Shown here piece after piece: positions 53,523 to 62,877 of a DNA stretch of 64,000 bases (positions within the stretch are counted from its first letter, which is position 1; each line of letters begins with the position of its first letter). The notes under the pieces were generated by a model. The model did no database searches, had not been told where the DNA came from, and saw nothing but the letters and a program-made list of their open reading frames with translations. Source of the stretch: an uncultured Gemmiger sp. (GTDB lineage: Bacteria > Bacillota > Clostridia > Oscillospirales > Ruminococcaceae); NCBI GenBank assembly GCA_949295035.1, contig CASFJO010000013.1, positions 49,681 through 113,680 of the forward strand, read 5' to 3'. A program made the position numbers and the translations under genes.

Positions 53523-55868
53523 TCAGCGGACCGGGCAGACGCCGTTGGCGCAATCGGCCGCGCCGATGTCCAGTTCGGTCTCTTCCCGCTCATAGCGGCA
53601 GAGCAGCGCCGGATTGAAGGGCCGCATCGCGGCCTTGCGGCGCTCGTACTCCTCTTTGTCGATCTCCTCATAGGGAAGCAGATCGTAGAAGCTGTCGTCG
53701 TAGCTCAGGAAGGAGAGGGCCACCACGTCATCCCAGTGATCCCAGACCCACTGTTCCACGTCGTCCCACTCGTTATCCCGCACATGCACCGTGATGGAGC
53801 AGTTGTGGTCCACATAATGCTCCATGAACAGCTTGTAGTTCTCCAGCTGTTCGATGGCGGACACATCCCCCTTGACCCGGCCGGCCGGCGCCTTAACCGG
53901 GAACTCCAGCACCTTGGTGGTGGGGTCCTCCGGGTCCTGGCCCACCTCGGGCAGAACCGGATATCCCAGCTCCTCACAGACGCGGCAGAGCGGGTCGGTG
54001 GCGGTGATCCGCACCCGGCGGATGTAGTAGGGGGAATGGGAATAATGCACGCCGCTGGACACGGTGGGCAGCAGCGACAAAGTGCCCTCCGGTTTCAGGG
54101 TGGTGACCAGCAGCGGGTGATTGCCGCCCAGCCGGTCGGCCAGTTCGTTGGCGGCCTTGTGGGCCTCGGCCCGCAGCTCATCCAGCAGCGCGGCCTGCTC
54201 CTCCCGGGTCATACCGGTGGCGTTGACCATATCCTGCCAGCCGGTCAGCGAGCAGCCCAGCAGGCGGTCCCGCTTCTGCACCCGGTCCCAGCGGTACATC
54301 TCCAGCTCCCGGCAGGTCATCCGGTAGCCCGCGCGGGCCGACAGGCGCTGTGCCTCCAGCAGTTCGCGTCGGTTCAGAGCGCCGTCCTCGTCCACGAAAG
54401 CCATCACGTTCAGGGTGGTCAGGTTGCACAGACCGTTCGAGTCCAGCAGGATCTCGCCGCAGGGATTGCAGCCGCAGAAGTTCGGCCGGCGCTTGAGGCC
54501 CGCCTCCTCGTTGATCCAGCCCGGCTCGCCGGAATAGCGCATCTGCTGCAGATGCCAGTGCAGCTTTTCCCGGGTGGGCTTTTGCCGATAAAAGATGGAG
54601 TTGTTGCTCATCTGCCGATGGGCGATGCTCTTGTCGATCTCCCAGTGGCCGTTGATCTGACGGTACAGGTTGCTCTTGGCCTGGATGCAGGTCTCGTCAT
54701 CCGCATCCACCAGGCCGATCTCGGAGGTGCGGCGCACGCCGCCGGAGACCACATTCTCCCCGATGATGTTGGCGATGTCCAGCAGGTCGATGGGACGCAG
54801 CTGGGTACGCGCCGCCGAATCCCGGGCGCCCGCCGCGGTGACCACCTTGTGGATCTTGTCCAGCATGGCCATCATGGAGCCGGAACCGCTGGCTGTACCG
54901 CCGAAGGTCTTGAGCCGCTCCCCCTTCGGACGGATGGAATCGTAGACCACCACCAGGGTGGTGATGCTCTCATATTCCCGGTTGGTCAGCAGTTCAAAAT
55001 AGCGGGTCAGCGCCTGGGCCCAGCCCTCCTTGGAGTCGCCGATGGCCAGGGTGGCGGTATCCCGGGTAAAGGTCAGATTGGTATATTCCAGCCGCTCATT
55101 GGCCGGGACGGGATCGTAGGACTTGTGCAGGATCTGCAGATCGGTGCGCACCGCCGGCAGCTGCTCGGCGTCGGATTTGAGCACCCGCACCCCCACGCCG
55201 CTGCCCACCATCAGCAGATAGAACAGATCATGGTAAGCGGTAAAGTCGTTGATCACGGTAAAGGCGCAGTTGTAGTTGGCCATGGGGTATTTTTCCGCGA
55301 CCGGCGTGCCGCCCACCCACAAGGTACGGCCGGACAAAAACTGCCGCAGATGGTAGATGTTGTCATAGAGTTTTTCCGCCTCTTCCCGAGGGGTAGGGGC
55401 CAGCGAAGCGTTGTATTCCACCGCGCGGCGCACCGTTTCCCACCAGAACTCACGCCGGCCTTGCTGCGGCAGATAGCGGGAATAGGTGCGGGTATAAACG
55501 AACGCGCCCAGCTGCTCCATCGGATTGGGGGCGTGTTTGTAGGGGCTGAGGAACTCCCGGCTCAGGATGCCCTCTTTCCAGTCCTCGCTGGAGCGTTCCT
55601 TCTCCTTCTGGACCCGGTACAGGATATAAGCCTTGGCGGTACGGTAGCACTGCTGTTCAAACAGCGTCTCCTCCACCGCGTCCTGGATGCGCTCGATATC
55701 GAGGATCTCCTGCCCGGTCTGCTGGAGCCGCTCGGCCACCAGTTCGGTGACCCGGTCGGCCGTCAGAGGGTCATGCTCCCCGGCGGCGGCCGCCGCCAAT
55801 GTGACAGCACGGCGTATAAATTCGGCGTCAAAAGGCACGACCTTGCCGCTGCGCTTGCGTACGTTCAT
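53523..55868 (-). CDS. nrdJ: adenosylcobalamin-dependent (class II) ribonucleotide reductase with N-terminal ATP-cone
   Basis: 781 aa from ATG 55868, with GGGGAGG RBS. ATP-cone VRKRSGKVVPFDAEFIRRAV, catalytic CNPCGEILL, C-terminal Cys pair CANGVC. Confidence 0.85.
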   Translation of the reverse strand: MNVRKRSGKVVPFDAEFIRRAVTLAAAAAGEHDPLTADRVTELVAERLQQTGQEILDIERIQDAVEETLFEQQCYRTAKAYILYRVQKEKERSSEDWKEGILSREFLSPYKHAPNPMEQLGAFVYTRTYSRYLPQQGRREFWWETVRRAVEYNASLAPTPREEAEKLYDNIYHLRQFLSGRTLWVGGTPVAEKYPMANYNCAFTVINDFTAYHDLFYLLMVGSGVGVRVLKSDAEQLPAVRTDLQILHKSYDPVPANERLEYTNLTFTRDTATLAIGDSKEGWAQALTRYFELLTNREYESITTLVVVYDSIRPKGERLKTFGGTASGSGSMMAMLDKIHKVVTAAGARDSAARTQLRPIDLLDIANIIGENVVSGGVRRTSEIGLVDADDETCIQAKSNLYRQINGHWEIDKSIAHRQMSNNSIFYRQKPTREKLHWHLQQMRYSGEPGWINEEAGLKRRPNFCGCNPCGEILLDSNGLCNLTTLNVMAFVDEDGALNRRELLEAQRLSARAGYRMTCRELEMYRWDRVQKRDRLLGCSLTGWQDMVNATGMTREEQAALLDELRAEAHKAANELADRLGGNHPLLVTTLKPEGTLSLLPTVSSGVHYSHSPYYIRRVRITATDPLCRVCEELGYPVLPEVGQDPEDPTTKVLEFPVKAPAGRVKGDVSAIEQLENYKLFMEHYVDHNCSITVHVRDNEWDDVEQWVWDHWDDVVALSFLSYDDSFYDLLPYEEIDKEEYERRKAAMRPFNPALLCRYEREETELDIGAADCANGVCPVR

Positions 55869-55900
55869 AGCGTTTTCCTCCCCAAAAATTCTTAGCGGAT

Positions 55901-55948
55901 GCACTATATATAGTATATTTACATCCCGGAAAAGTCAATATATTGTTT
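55901..55948 (-). promoter_or_regulatory. tandem NrdR boxes overlapping the nrdJ promoter
   Basis: Palindromes ACTATATATAGT (centre ~55908.5) and CAATATATTG (centre ~55940.5) lie 32 bp apart. On the minus strand TTGACT-17-TACTAT overlaps both boxes. Confidence 0.8.
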
Positions 55949-56045
55949 CTCTTTTCGCAAAGATTCGGAAATATGCAGAATCATGCCCGCCTGAGGCCCG
56001 TTTTTCCGCAACGATTCCGACAAGGGACAACTGCCCAAAAATCAA

Positions 56046-56074
56046 TTGATTTTTTCTTTTTTTGGTGCTACTAT
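56046..56074 (+). promoter_or_regulatory. candidate promoter of the dehydratase operon
   Basis: TTGATT (56046-56051), 17-nt spacer, TGcTACTAT extended -10 (56066-56074). Confidence 0.55.
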
Positions 56075-56120
56075 AAGCTACGTTGAGCGCGTTTCAGGCC
56101 CCGGTTCGGATGGATGGTAT

Positions 56121-56164
56121 GCGGGTCTTTCGGTTCCTTGCGACCGGGAGACCCGCCCTTTTTT
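56121..56164 (+). terminator. intrinsic terminator within the leader of the dehydratase operon (candidate attenuator)
   Basis: Stem GCGGGTCT / AGACCCGC with extra inner pairs, followed by CCTTTTTTC. It lies about 65 nt upstream of ATG 56229, and no + strand gene lies upstream. Confidence 0.65.
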
Positions 56165-56228
56165 CATGGCCGACCGGCCGGCGCTCCGGTGAGGAAAGCA
56201 GGATTTTGGACAGCAAGAGGTGGGGATC

Positions 56229-57506
56229 ATGCAGATCGTGGAGACTTTCGGCCGCTGTGTGGAGCAATGGAGCGGCCCCCGCCCGGAACGGGCGCAAGGG
56301 CTGCTTCGGCTTGGCTGGGAGGCCCAGAATTTCAAGAACAAACATCTGCCGGACAAGAGGCTTCTTCTGCCTGCCGACCGGTATCTGGCTGCCGTGATGA
56401 TGGACGCCATGCTCAGGCCGCTGCGCTCCCCCGCCTCGTCGGCGATCGTCAGCGTTTTTACCCCCTGTGAACCGCTGCAGGAGGTTGGGCTGAATCCCTA
56501 CAATGTGGAGGGGTTTTCCTGTTACCTGTCCGGTTCCTGTGCTGAGCGGGGATTTTTGCAGCAGGCGGAAAACACCGGCATCTCCGAGACCCTGTGCAGC
56601 TGCCACAAGACCTTTCTGGGCGCGGCGGAGAAGGGGGTACTTCCCCGCCCCGCCTGCATCGTGTACACCAATCTGACCTGCGACGCCAATCTGCTGACCT
56701 TCCGCCGGCTGGCCGGGATGTACAGCGTGCCGGTGTTCGCCATCGACGTGCCCATGCAGCAGAACGAGGACAACGTGGCCTATGTGGCGGACCAGCTGCG
56801 GCAACTGGCGGAGTTTCTGCGCAAAGTCACCGGGCGAACTGTGGACGAGGAGGCGCTGCGGGTACGCCTGCGGCGCAGCCGCCGCACCCTGGAAAAGTTC
56901 CGGGAGTGCCAGCGGGCCCGGGCCGGCCGGTATGTGCCCACCGATCTGGTGACCCCGCTGTACAGCGGCATGACCAACAATATTCTGCTGGGCACCGAGG
57001 CGGTGGAAACCTATGCCGACCGGCTGCTGGCCGATCTGAAACAGGCCGGCCGGGCCCGGGGCAAGCGCATCTACTGGATGCACACCATTCCTTTCTGGTC
57101 GGAGGCGGCGCGCAGCGCGCTTGCCTTCCGGGAGGAGGCCCAGATCGTGGGCTGCGAGTTGAGCCAGGTGTGCGAGCCGGACTTTGACCCGGAAACTCCC
57201 TTTGAGGCGATGGCCCGCCGGATGGTCTACCACGCCCTCAACGGCAGCGCGCTGCGGCGCATCGAGGCGGGCATCCGTCACTCCCGGGAATGCGGCGCGG
57301 ACGGGGTGGTCTGGTTTGACCACTGGGGCTGCAAGCACACCTTGGGTTCGGCCCAGCTGGCCAAGAAAAAATTTGAAGAGGCAGGGCTTCCCCTGCTGAT
57401 CCTGGACGGAGACGGCTGCGACCGCAGCCACGGCGGCGAAGGCCAGACCGCCACCCGCTTGGAGGCATTTCTGGAAATGCTGGAGGAAGGAGGGCTGCCG
57501 GCGTGA
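56229..57506 (+). CDS. 2-hydroxyacyl-CoA dehydratase family protein (HgdA/HgdB/BcrBC-like component)
   Basis: 425 aa from ATG 56229, with GAGGTG RBS. Cys-containing family pattern FSCYLSGSCAE...LCSCHKTFLG...TNLTCDAN. Confidence 0.7.
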   Translation: MQIVETFGRCVEQWSGPRPERAQGLLRLGWEAQNFKNKHLPDKRLLLPADRYLAAVMMDAMLRPLRSPASSAIVSVFTPCEPLQEVGLNPYNVEGFSCYLSGSCAERGFLQQAENTGISETLCSCHKTFLGAAEKGVLPRPACIVYTNLTCDANLLTFRRLAGMYSVPVFAIDVPMQQNEDNVAYVADQLRQLAEFLRKVTGRTVDEEALRVRLRRSRRTLEKFRECQRARAGRYVPTDLVTPLYSGMTNNILLGTEAVETYADRLLADLKQAGRARGKRIYWMHTIPFWSEAARSALAFREEAQIVGCELSQVCEPDFDPETPFEAMARRMVYHALNGSALRRIEAGIRHSRECGADGVVWFDHWGCKHTLGSAQLAKKKFEEAGLPLLILDGDGCDRSHGGEGQTATRLEAFLEMLEEGGLPA

Positions 57507-58373
57507 ATCCCACCCATTATGTGTGCAAATACACCCCCATCGAACTGCTGACCGCCTTTGGCGCCCGGTGCGAGAATCTGAACGGGATGCAGAACGGTTT
57601 TGACCAGGCCGATCAGATCGCCCACTCGAACCTGTGTGGGTTTGGAAAATCGCTGATCGAGGCGGTATTGGCCGGTCAGGTAAAGGAACTGGTGCTGGTC
57701 AACTGCTGCGACACCATCCGCAGCGTCTGCGACGTGCTGCAGGAGACCGGCAGGCTGGATTTTCTCTATCTGGTGGACATGCTGCACGGCGATGGCGTAT
57801 GCAGCCGCGAACGCACCGTCGCCCAGCTGAAAGTGCTGGCCCGGGCCTATGCGGATTACAAGGGTACCGCGTTTGACCCGGCGGCTTTTCGGGCACCCGT
57901 TCCGCAGGCCGGAACGGGTGCGGGGGCCGCATATCCGGATGCTAGGCGCGCGGATGGGCCGGGAACTGTTCGAGATGGTGCAAAAGGCCATGCCCTATCC
58001 GGTGGAGAACGACACCTGTGTGCACAACCGCTCAGTGGGCGAGGTACCGCCGCCGGAAAACGCGGATTTTGACGCCCTGATGGACTGGTACGCGGGAGAG
58101 CTGCTGCATCAGATGCCCTGCATGCGGATGACCGACAATACCGGGCGCAAGGCGCTGTTCAACGACCCCGATCTGAAAGGGGTACTCTATCACACGGTGA
58201 AGTTCTGCGACTTTTACAGCTTTGAATATGCCCAGATCCAACAACACCTGGCGGCGCCGCTGCTGAAGATCGAGTCGGACTACACGCTCCAGAGCAGCGG
58301 TCAGCTGCTGACACGGCTGGAAGCCTTTGCGGAAAGCCTGGACATGACCCGGTGCGAAGGAAAGGAGAAGAAG
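57503..58373 (+). pseudogene. second 2-hydroxyacyl-CoA dehydratase component, apparent +1 frameshift in a G5 run, otherwise continuous with the activase
   Basis: GTG 57503 forms a GTGA overlap with the upstream stop codon. The N-terminus YVCKYTPIELLTAFG is family-typical. The coding signal switches frame near GGGGG at 57922-57926. Removing one G gives ...TGAGPHIRMLGARMGRELFEMV... Confidence 0.6.
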
Positions 58374-59165
58374 ATGGGAAAGGGATATTTTGCGGGTATC
58401 GACAGCGGGTCCACCAGCACCGACGTGGTGATCCTGGACCGGGAGGGAACGGTGGTGACCGGCATCATCCTGCCCACTGGCGCGGGCGCGGCGGCGGGCG
58501 CCGAGCGGGCGCTGGAGGAGGCGCTGGCGCAGGCAAAGCTGCAGCGGGCGGACATCGACGCCATTGTGACCACCGGCTACGGCCGCACAGCCATCGCCGG
58601 AGGGGACAAGAGCATCACCGAGATCACCTGCCACGCCAGGGGCGCGCATTTTCTGGACCCGACGGTGCGCACCGTCATCGACATCGGCGGACAGGACAGC
58701 AAGGTGATCCGGCTGGACGAGGACGGCAACGTGGTGAACTTTGTCATGAACGACAAATGCGCTGCCGGCACCGGCCGGTTTTTGGAGATGATGGCCCGCA
58801 CCATGGAGATGGACCTGGACGAGATGAGCCGGGCCGGGCTGAACTACAAGGAGGACATCACCATCTCCAGCATGTGTACCGTGTTTGCCGAATCGGAGGT
58901 AGTGTCTCTGATCGCGCGGAACAAGCCCACCGATGACATCGTACACGGGCTGAACAAGGCGGTGGCCTCTAAAACCGTCGCGCTTGCCAAGCGTGTGGGC
59001 GGCGAGGAGCGGTATATGATGACCGGCGGCGTATCCAAAAACAAGGGACTGGTCAAGACGCTGGAGGAAAAACTGGGAACCACCCTGGTGGTCAGCGACC
59101 AGGCGCAGCTGTGCGGCGCGCTGGGCGCGGCTCTGTTCGCCCGGGATCTGGTGCAGGAAAGCTGA
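58374..59165 (+). CDS. acyl-CoA dehydratase activase (BcrAD/BadFG/HgdC-type ATPase)
   Basis: GYFAGIDSGSTSTDVVILD and DKCAAGTGRFLE motifs. AAGGAG lies 6 nt upstream of ATG 58374, but there is no in-frame stop separating it from the preceding dehydratase domain. Confidence 0.85.
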   Translation: MGKGYFAGIDSGSTSTDVVILDREGTVVTGIILPTGAGAAAGAERALEEALAQAKLQRADIDAIVTTGYGRTAIAGGDKSITEITCHARGAHFLDPTVRTVIDIGGQDSKVIRLDEDGNVVNFVMNDKCAAGTGRFLEMMARTMEMDLDEMSRAGLNYKEDITISSMCTVFAESEVVSLIARNKPTDDIVHGLNKAVASKTVALAKRVGGEERYMMTGGVSKNKGLVKTLEEKLGTTLVVSDQAQLCGALGAALFARDLVQES

Positions 59166-59810
59166 GCGCCTTTCGCAAAGAACCCCCGTCGGGTCCGGCC
59201 GCAAAAGCGGCCTGCCCGAAAGCGCGGTGAGAGAGATAAGAAAACAAACAAAAAGCCTTAAATCATCGCGTTTTAAGGACAGCGGGCAAACAGGTTACAA
59301 CTAAATAACCGAGCAAAAGGGGCGTTATCGCAAGATAGCGTCCCTTTCTGCATATTGCCACGCCACAGATCAAAAGTTTTCTCCTTCATCCGGAAGTATG
59401 TGCCTGACAGTTCCTTGTCGCGGAAGATAGAGAACGCCGAAAAGCCCGTCAAATCAAGGTTTTTCCCGTTTCGAACCCACAAAATCCGCTGCTATCAGCA
59501 TTTTTGTAAATCAATCGGTTTGAGCTTAAAAATGGACATCGGAGGTCAATCGGAGGTCACTGAGCAACCACCTCTCTCCCCTGTTTTCCCTAAAGCCCAA
59601 ATCACCGTGCTGTAACAGATGTTATTTATTATAGCGTAGACTTCTGCCATTGACAAGCATGATGTAATGTATAGAGGGTGGAATACACCAAAAACATTAC
59701 ATCATGACTGGCGGCTCATTTGTGGCGAATGAAAAGACAGTTATGATAAAGGAGGGATGCCCTCAAACCTACCGTAACTGTCAACAACATTCCCACGAAA
59801 GGAGCCTTGT

Positions 59811-60161
59811 ATGGAACTGACTTACACCAAATGCGGCGATTATCTCATTCCCGACCTTGTGTTATCGGACACCAAGGAGTACCATATCGGGAAATATGGC
59901 CGGTTGCGCCGTGCCTACTTAAAAGAACACCGGCCCATTCTGTATACCGATCTCATTGTCACTGAAAAGCTGTTTCCCCATTTGGAGGAGATCGACATCG
60001 CCTGCCGGGAGCGGTTGGAAATCATTGAAAAAGCCATGATGCAGCAAGAGGGCGTCACAGACGCCCTGAAAGCTGCCGACCAGATGGCATGGGTGCGCTC
60101 CATGAACTCCATCCACAACAGGGCCGAGGAAATCGTCCTGGCGGAGTTGGTCTACTGTTGA
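59811..60161 (+). CDS. tnpV: TnpV-like protein (Tn4451-family accessory protein)
   Basis: 116 aa. MELTYTKCGDYLIPDLVLSD...YHIGKYGRLRRAYLKEHRPILY matches the TnpV pattern as I recall it. AAAGGAG RBS. Confidence 0.7.
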   Translation: MELTYTKCGDYLIPDLVLSDTKEYHIGKYGRLRRAYLKEHRPILYTDLIVTEKLFPHLEEIDIACRERLEIIEKAMMQQEGVTDALKAADQMAWVRSMNSIHNRAEEIVLAELVYC

Positions 60162-60174
60162 GGGAGGGAACGCA

Positions 60175-60456
60175 ATGATTTTGGAAGCCATGTATAACGG
60201 GGAGTTTTATCCCTGTGAAACGGTAGTGCCCACATCCCCGGAATACCGCAGGGCAGTCCAAACCTGTGCAGAGTTGATGGAGCAGTTATCCCAGCGGCTC
60301 AGCAAAGAGGACTATGCGCTAGTGGAGGAACTCCGGGCGCAGAATGCTATCGCCCAGTGCGAGGAAAGCGAGAGCCACTTCAAGTATGGCTTTTCAGCGG
60401 GGCTGATCGTCCAGCAGGAAGCCCATGCACAAGTGCAACAGAAAGAAAGAAAATAG
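60175..60456 (+). CDS. small hypothetical protein commonly paired with TnpV (DUF6809-like)
   Basis: 93 aa with GGGAGGGA RBS. Pattern YNGEFYPCETVVP...EDYALVEEL. Confidence 0.5.
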   Translation: MILEAMYNGEFYPCETVVPTSPEYRRAVQTCAELMEQLSQRLSKEDYALVEELRAQNAIAQCEESESHFKYGFSAGLIVQQEAHAQVQQKERK

Positions 60457-60588
60457 CTTAAAGAGACCGTCTGAGTAGAAAAACTATTCGGGCGGTTTCA
60501 TCGTTCAATGGTAGATTTATTCATATTTTCGTGGTAGATTTATCATAATAAAGCAGATAACAAATTGGGATTTATGTAGAGGAACAAG

Positions 60589-61053
60589 ATGATGAAAATT
60601 AAGCTAATTGAGGATTATGACGATAAACAGAAAATTGCAAGACAGATATTAGAAGCACTACCTGATTGGTTCGGCATAGATGAAGCAAGGGAAAATTACA
60701 TCAAAGAAAGTACAGACCAACTTTTCTTTGCCGCACTTGACGAAAATCAAGTAACAGGTTTTTTATGCTTAAAAGAAACGAGTAAAGACACACTGGAACT
60801 GAGTGTGATGGGCGTGTTAAAGGAGTATCATCGCCACGGAATTGGAAAAGAACTATTTTTGAACGCCAAGAAACTTGCATCAGAAAAAGGATATACTTTT
60901 CTTCAAGTAAAGACTGTTCAAATGGGACACTACGAGGAATATGATAACACAAATCGTTTCTACCTCAGTCTGGGATTTAAGGAATTTGAAGTCTTTCCTA
61001 CCCTATGGGACGAATGGAATCCTTGCCAAATTTATATAATGTCACTACGGTAA
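60589..61053 (+). CDS. GNAT family N-acetyltransferase (AT-rich, island-borne)
   Basis: 154 aa. Acetyl-CoA site HRHGIGKELFLNAKKLA. Confidence 0.75.
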   Translation: MMKIKLIEDYDDKQKIARQILEALPDWFGIDEARENYIKESTDQLFFAALDENQVTGFLCLKETSKDTLELSVMGVLKEYHRHGIGKELFLNAKKLASEKGYTFLQVKTVQMGHYEEYDNTNRFYLSLGFKEFEVFPTLWDEWNPCQIYIMSLR

Positions 61054-61279
61054 ATCCCAATTTACCGAGTAAACAAAATCCGTTAGAACTCTAAGAGCAT
61101 ATTTCTATGCTCTCCTGTCGGGAGTAGTTGTGCGACCTGCGGAGATTCATTCTCTGTGATTCAAACTATGATAAAGCTAAATAATAGAAAGCCCACGCAG
61201 CCGGAAAGAGATGAACTGCACCCCATTTGTTAGACAGTATGATATACTGAATAGCAAGTGGGGTGCTTTATTATTCCAT

Positions 61280-61474
61280 TTACTTCTTTCGATGAATCGT
61301 ATTGGATTCCCATAGTAAGTTCTTTTCCAAATATACCATATCAATAAGCTGAACGCCGCATTCAAAGATAGGATGATCATAATTGTCCGTGAAAAAGCTT
61401 TTGATACGATGGCTTTCTATAAAACCGCATTTCTTATAAAAAGGGAGCGTCAGCTGACTGTCACCCGTCCCCAC
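61280..61474 (-). pseudogene. C-terminal fragment of a GNAT acetyltransferase
   Basis: Only the GNAT C-terminal beta-strand region LPFYKKCGFIE...FTDNYDHPIFECGVQLIDMVYL is present. There is no N-terminal half and no credible RBS. Confidence 0.55.
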
Positions 61475-61655
61475 ACGAAGAATACGAAAATTATCACGGT
61501 AACTTCATCGGTGCATTTGATTTTGAACGGGCAAAAGAAAAAGCCCAAAATACAACTCAAAAACAGCAAAGAACGGCATAGCCGTTTGGCTATACCGTCC
61601 CTTGCTTCAATGTTTTCTTAATTCACCGCCCCGGACGGGGGCTTTTTGTATTCGT

Positions 61656-62858
61656 TTACTCGCCCAGGATCTCGCCCAGCAAACTGTCGGCCAGGGCCAG
61701 ACTGCGGGGCACATGGAACGGCCCCTTAAAGGTGCTGCCTTTGCAGGGCGGCTCGGTGGGTTTCCCGTCCCGACGCAGATAGCCGAACCATTCGCTGTAC
61801 TCCGGGTCGGCAAAGTGCTGCCGGCAGTAATCCAGGCCCTTATGGAACCAGTCCAGATACACTTCGTTGCCGGTATCCCGATAGGCCATCAGGCTGGCAA
61901 TCAGCAGCTCGTTATGGGGCCACCAGAGTTTCATATCGTGCTCGTAGGCTTCCGGCGGCAGGCCTTTGCAGTCCATAAAATACAGCAGCCCGCCATACTC
62001 CTTGTCCCAGCCGGCCTCGGCAGCCATCCGGAACACCTGTTCCGCCTTCTGGTGCAGCGCCTCGTCGCCGGTTCGGTTAGCCTCCTCCATCAAAAACCAG
62101 CTGCACTCGATGTCATGGCCCGGGTTGACTACCCGGCCGGCGGTGATATCTTCCAGGAACTCTCCGTTCGGGCCCACTGTTTCCAGGGTACAGCCCAGTT
62201 CCGGCTTGTGATGGAAAGCAAAGATATCCCGCACACACTCGGCGGCATACCGATCGTAAAGGGCCGCCTGTTCCGGGTCCACCCGACGAAGCACATTGGT
62301 CATGTTCAAAAAGATCATCGGGTCGGCCAACGCCCGCCCTGTGCGGGTCTCGGGAATGGTTTTCGGCCCCAGACCCGTTGGGTCCGGCATGCCGTGATTC
62401 AGATCATATACCAGCTGGTAGGCCCGCCGCGCCCGCTCCAGGCAGGTTTTGTCGCCGGTCTGCCCGTAGTATTCCGCGTTGGCAATGGCATAGAATCCTT
62501 CCGAAAAGCAGTACCGGCGCTGCCGCAGCGGCTTGCCGTCGGCGGTCACGGTGAAGTACATCCGATCCCCGGCCGCACGATTGATACAGTGATCCTCCAA
62601 AAACTGCAGGCAGGAGCGGCTGGCTTGCAGCCATTCCTCCCGCTTGCCATACAGCCGGCACAGAAACGCGTAGATCCAGGCACAGCGGCCCTGCATCCAA
62701 ACGCTCTTGTCGGTGGAAAAGATCCGCCCGTCCCGGGTCAGGCAGGTGTATACGCCGCCATGTTCCGCGTCCATGCCGTGCCGGAGCCAAAACTGGCTGC
62801 TGGCCTCCAGTTCCCGCCGGATCCAGGCGCGCTCGGCGCGAAGTGTTTTCTTGTCCAT
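61656..62858 (-). CDS. N-acylglucosamine 2-epimerase (AGE) family protein
   Basis: 400 aa from ATG 62858, with GGGAGGGA RBS. AGE-family pattern FWLRHGMDAEHGGVYTCLTRDG...KSVWMQGR...KLWWPHNE. Confidence 0.8.
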   Translation of the reverse strand: MDKKTLRAERAWIRRELEASSQFWLRHGMDAEHGGVYTCLTRDGRIFSTDKSVWMQGRCAWIYAFLCRLYGKREEWLQASRSCLQFLEDHCINRAAGDRMYFTVTADGKPLRQRRYCFSEGFYAIANAEYYGQTGDKTCLERARRAYQLVYDLNHGMPDPTGLGPKTIPETRTGRALADPMIFLNMTNVLRRVDPEQAALYDRYAAECVRDIFAFHHKPELGCTLETVGPNGEFLEDITAGRVVNPGHDIECSWFLMEEANRTGDEALHQKAEQVFRMAAEAGWDKEYGGLLYFMDCKGLPPEAYEHDMKLWWPHNELLIASLMAYRDTGNEVYLDWFHKGLDYCRQHFADPEYSEWFGYLRRDGKPTEPPCKGSTFKGPFHVPRSLALADSLLGEILGE

Positions 62859-62877
62859 TTTGTCCCTCCCGCTTTCG

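Larger units (their letters stand above)
59230..61625. mobile_element. low-GC island: remnant cargo of a mobile element (TnpV, DUF6809-like, GNAT, truncated GNAT)
   Basis: Composition visibly drops from GC-rich to AT-rich. A TnpV homologue is present. One gene is truncated. No integrase or transposase lies within the island. The boundaries are approximate. Confidence 0.55.

Noticed and set aside
59273-59615. ORFs of 69 aa (-) and 86 aa (+) at the left edge of the AT-rich island
   Set aside because: They have no RBS and no recognisable family, and they overlap each other. The region is probably non-coding remnant sequence with hairpins, for example the GNRA-capped stem at ~59320-59346.
61177-61380. 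67-aa minus-strand ORF overlapping the truncated GNAT fragment
   Set aside because: It is a hydrophobic, AT-rich chance ORF in a different frame from the recognisable GNAT remnant, with no start signals.
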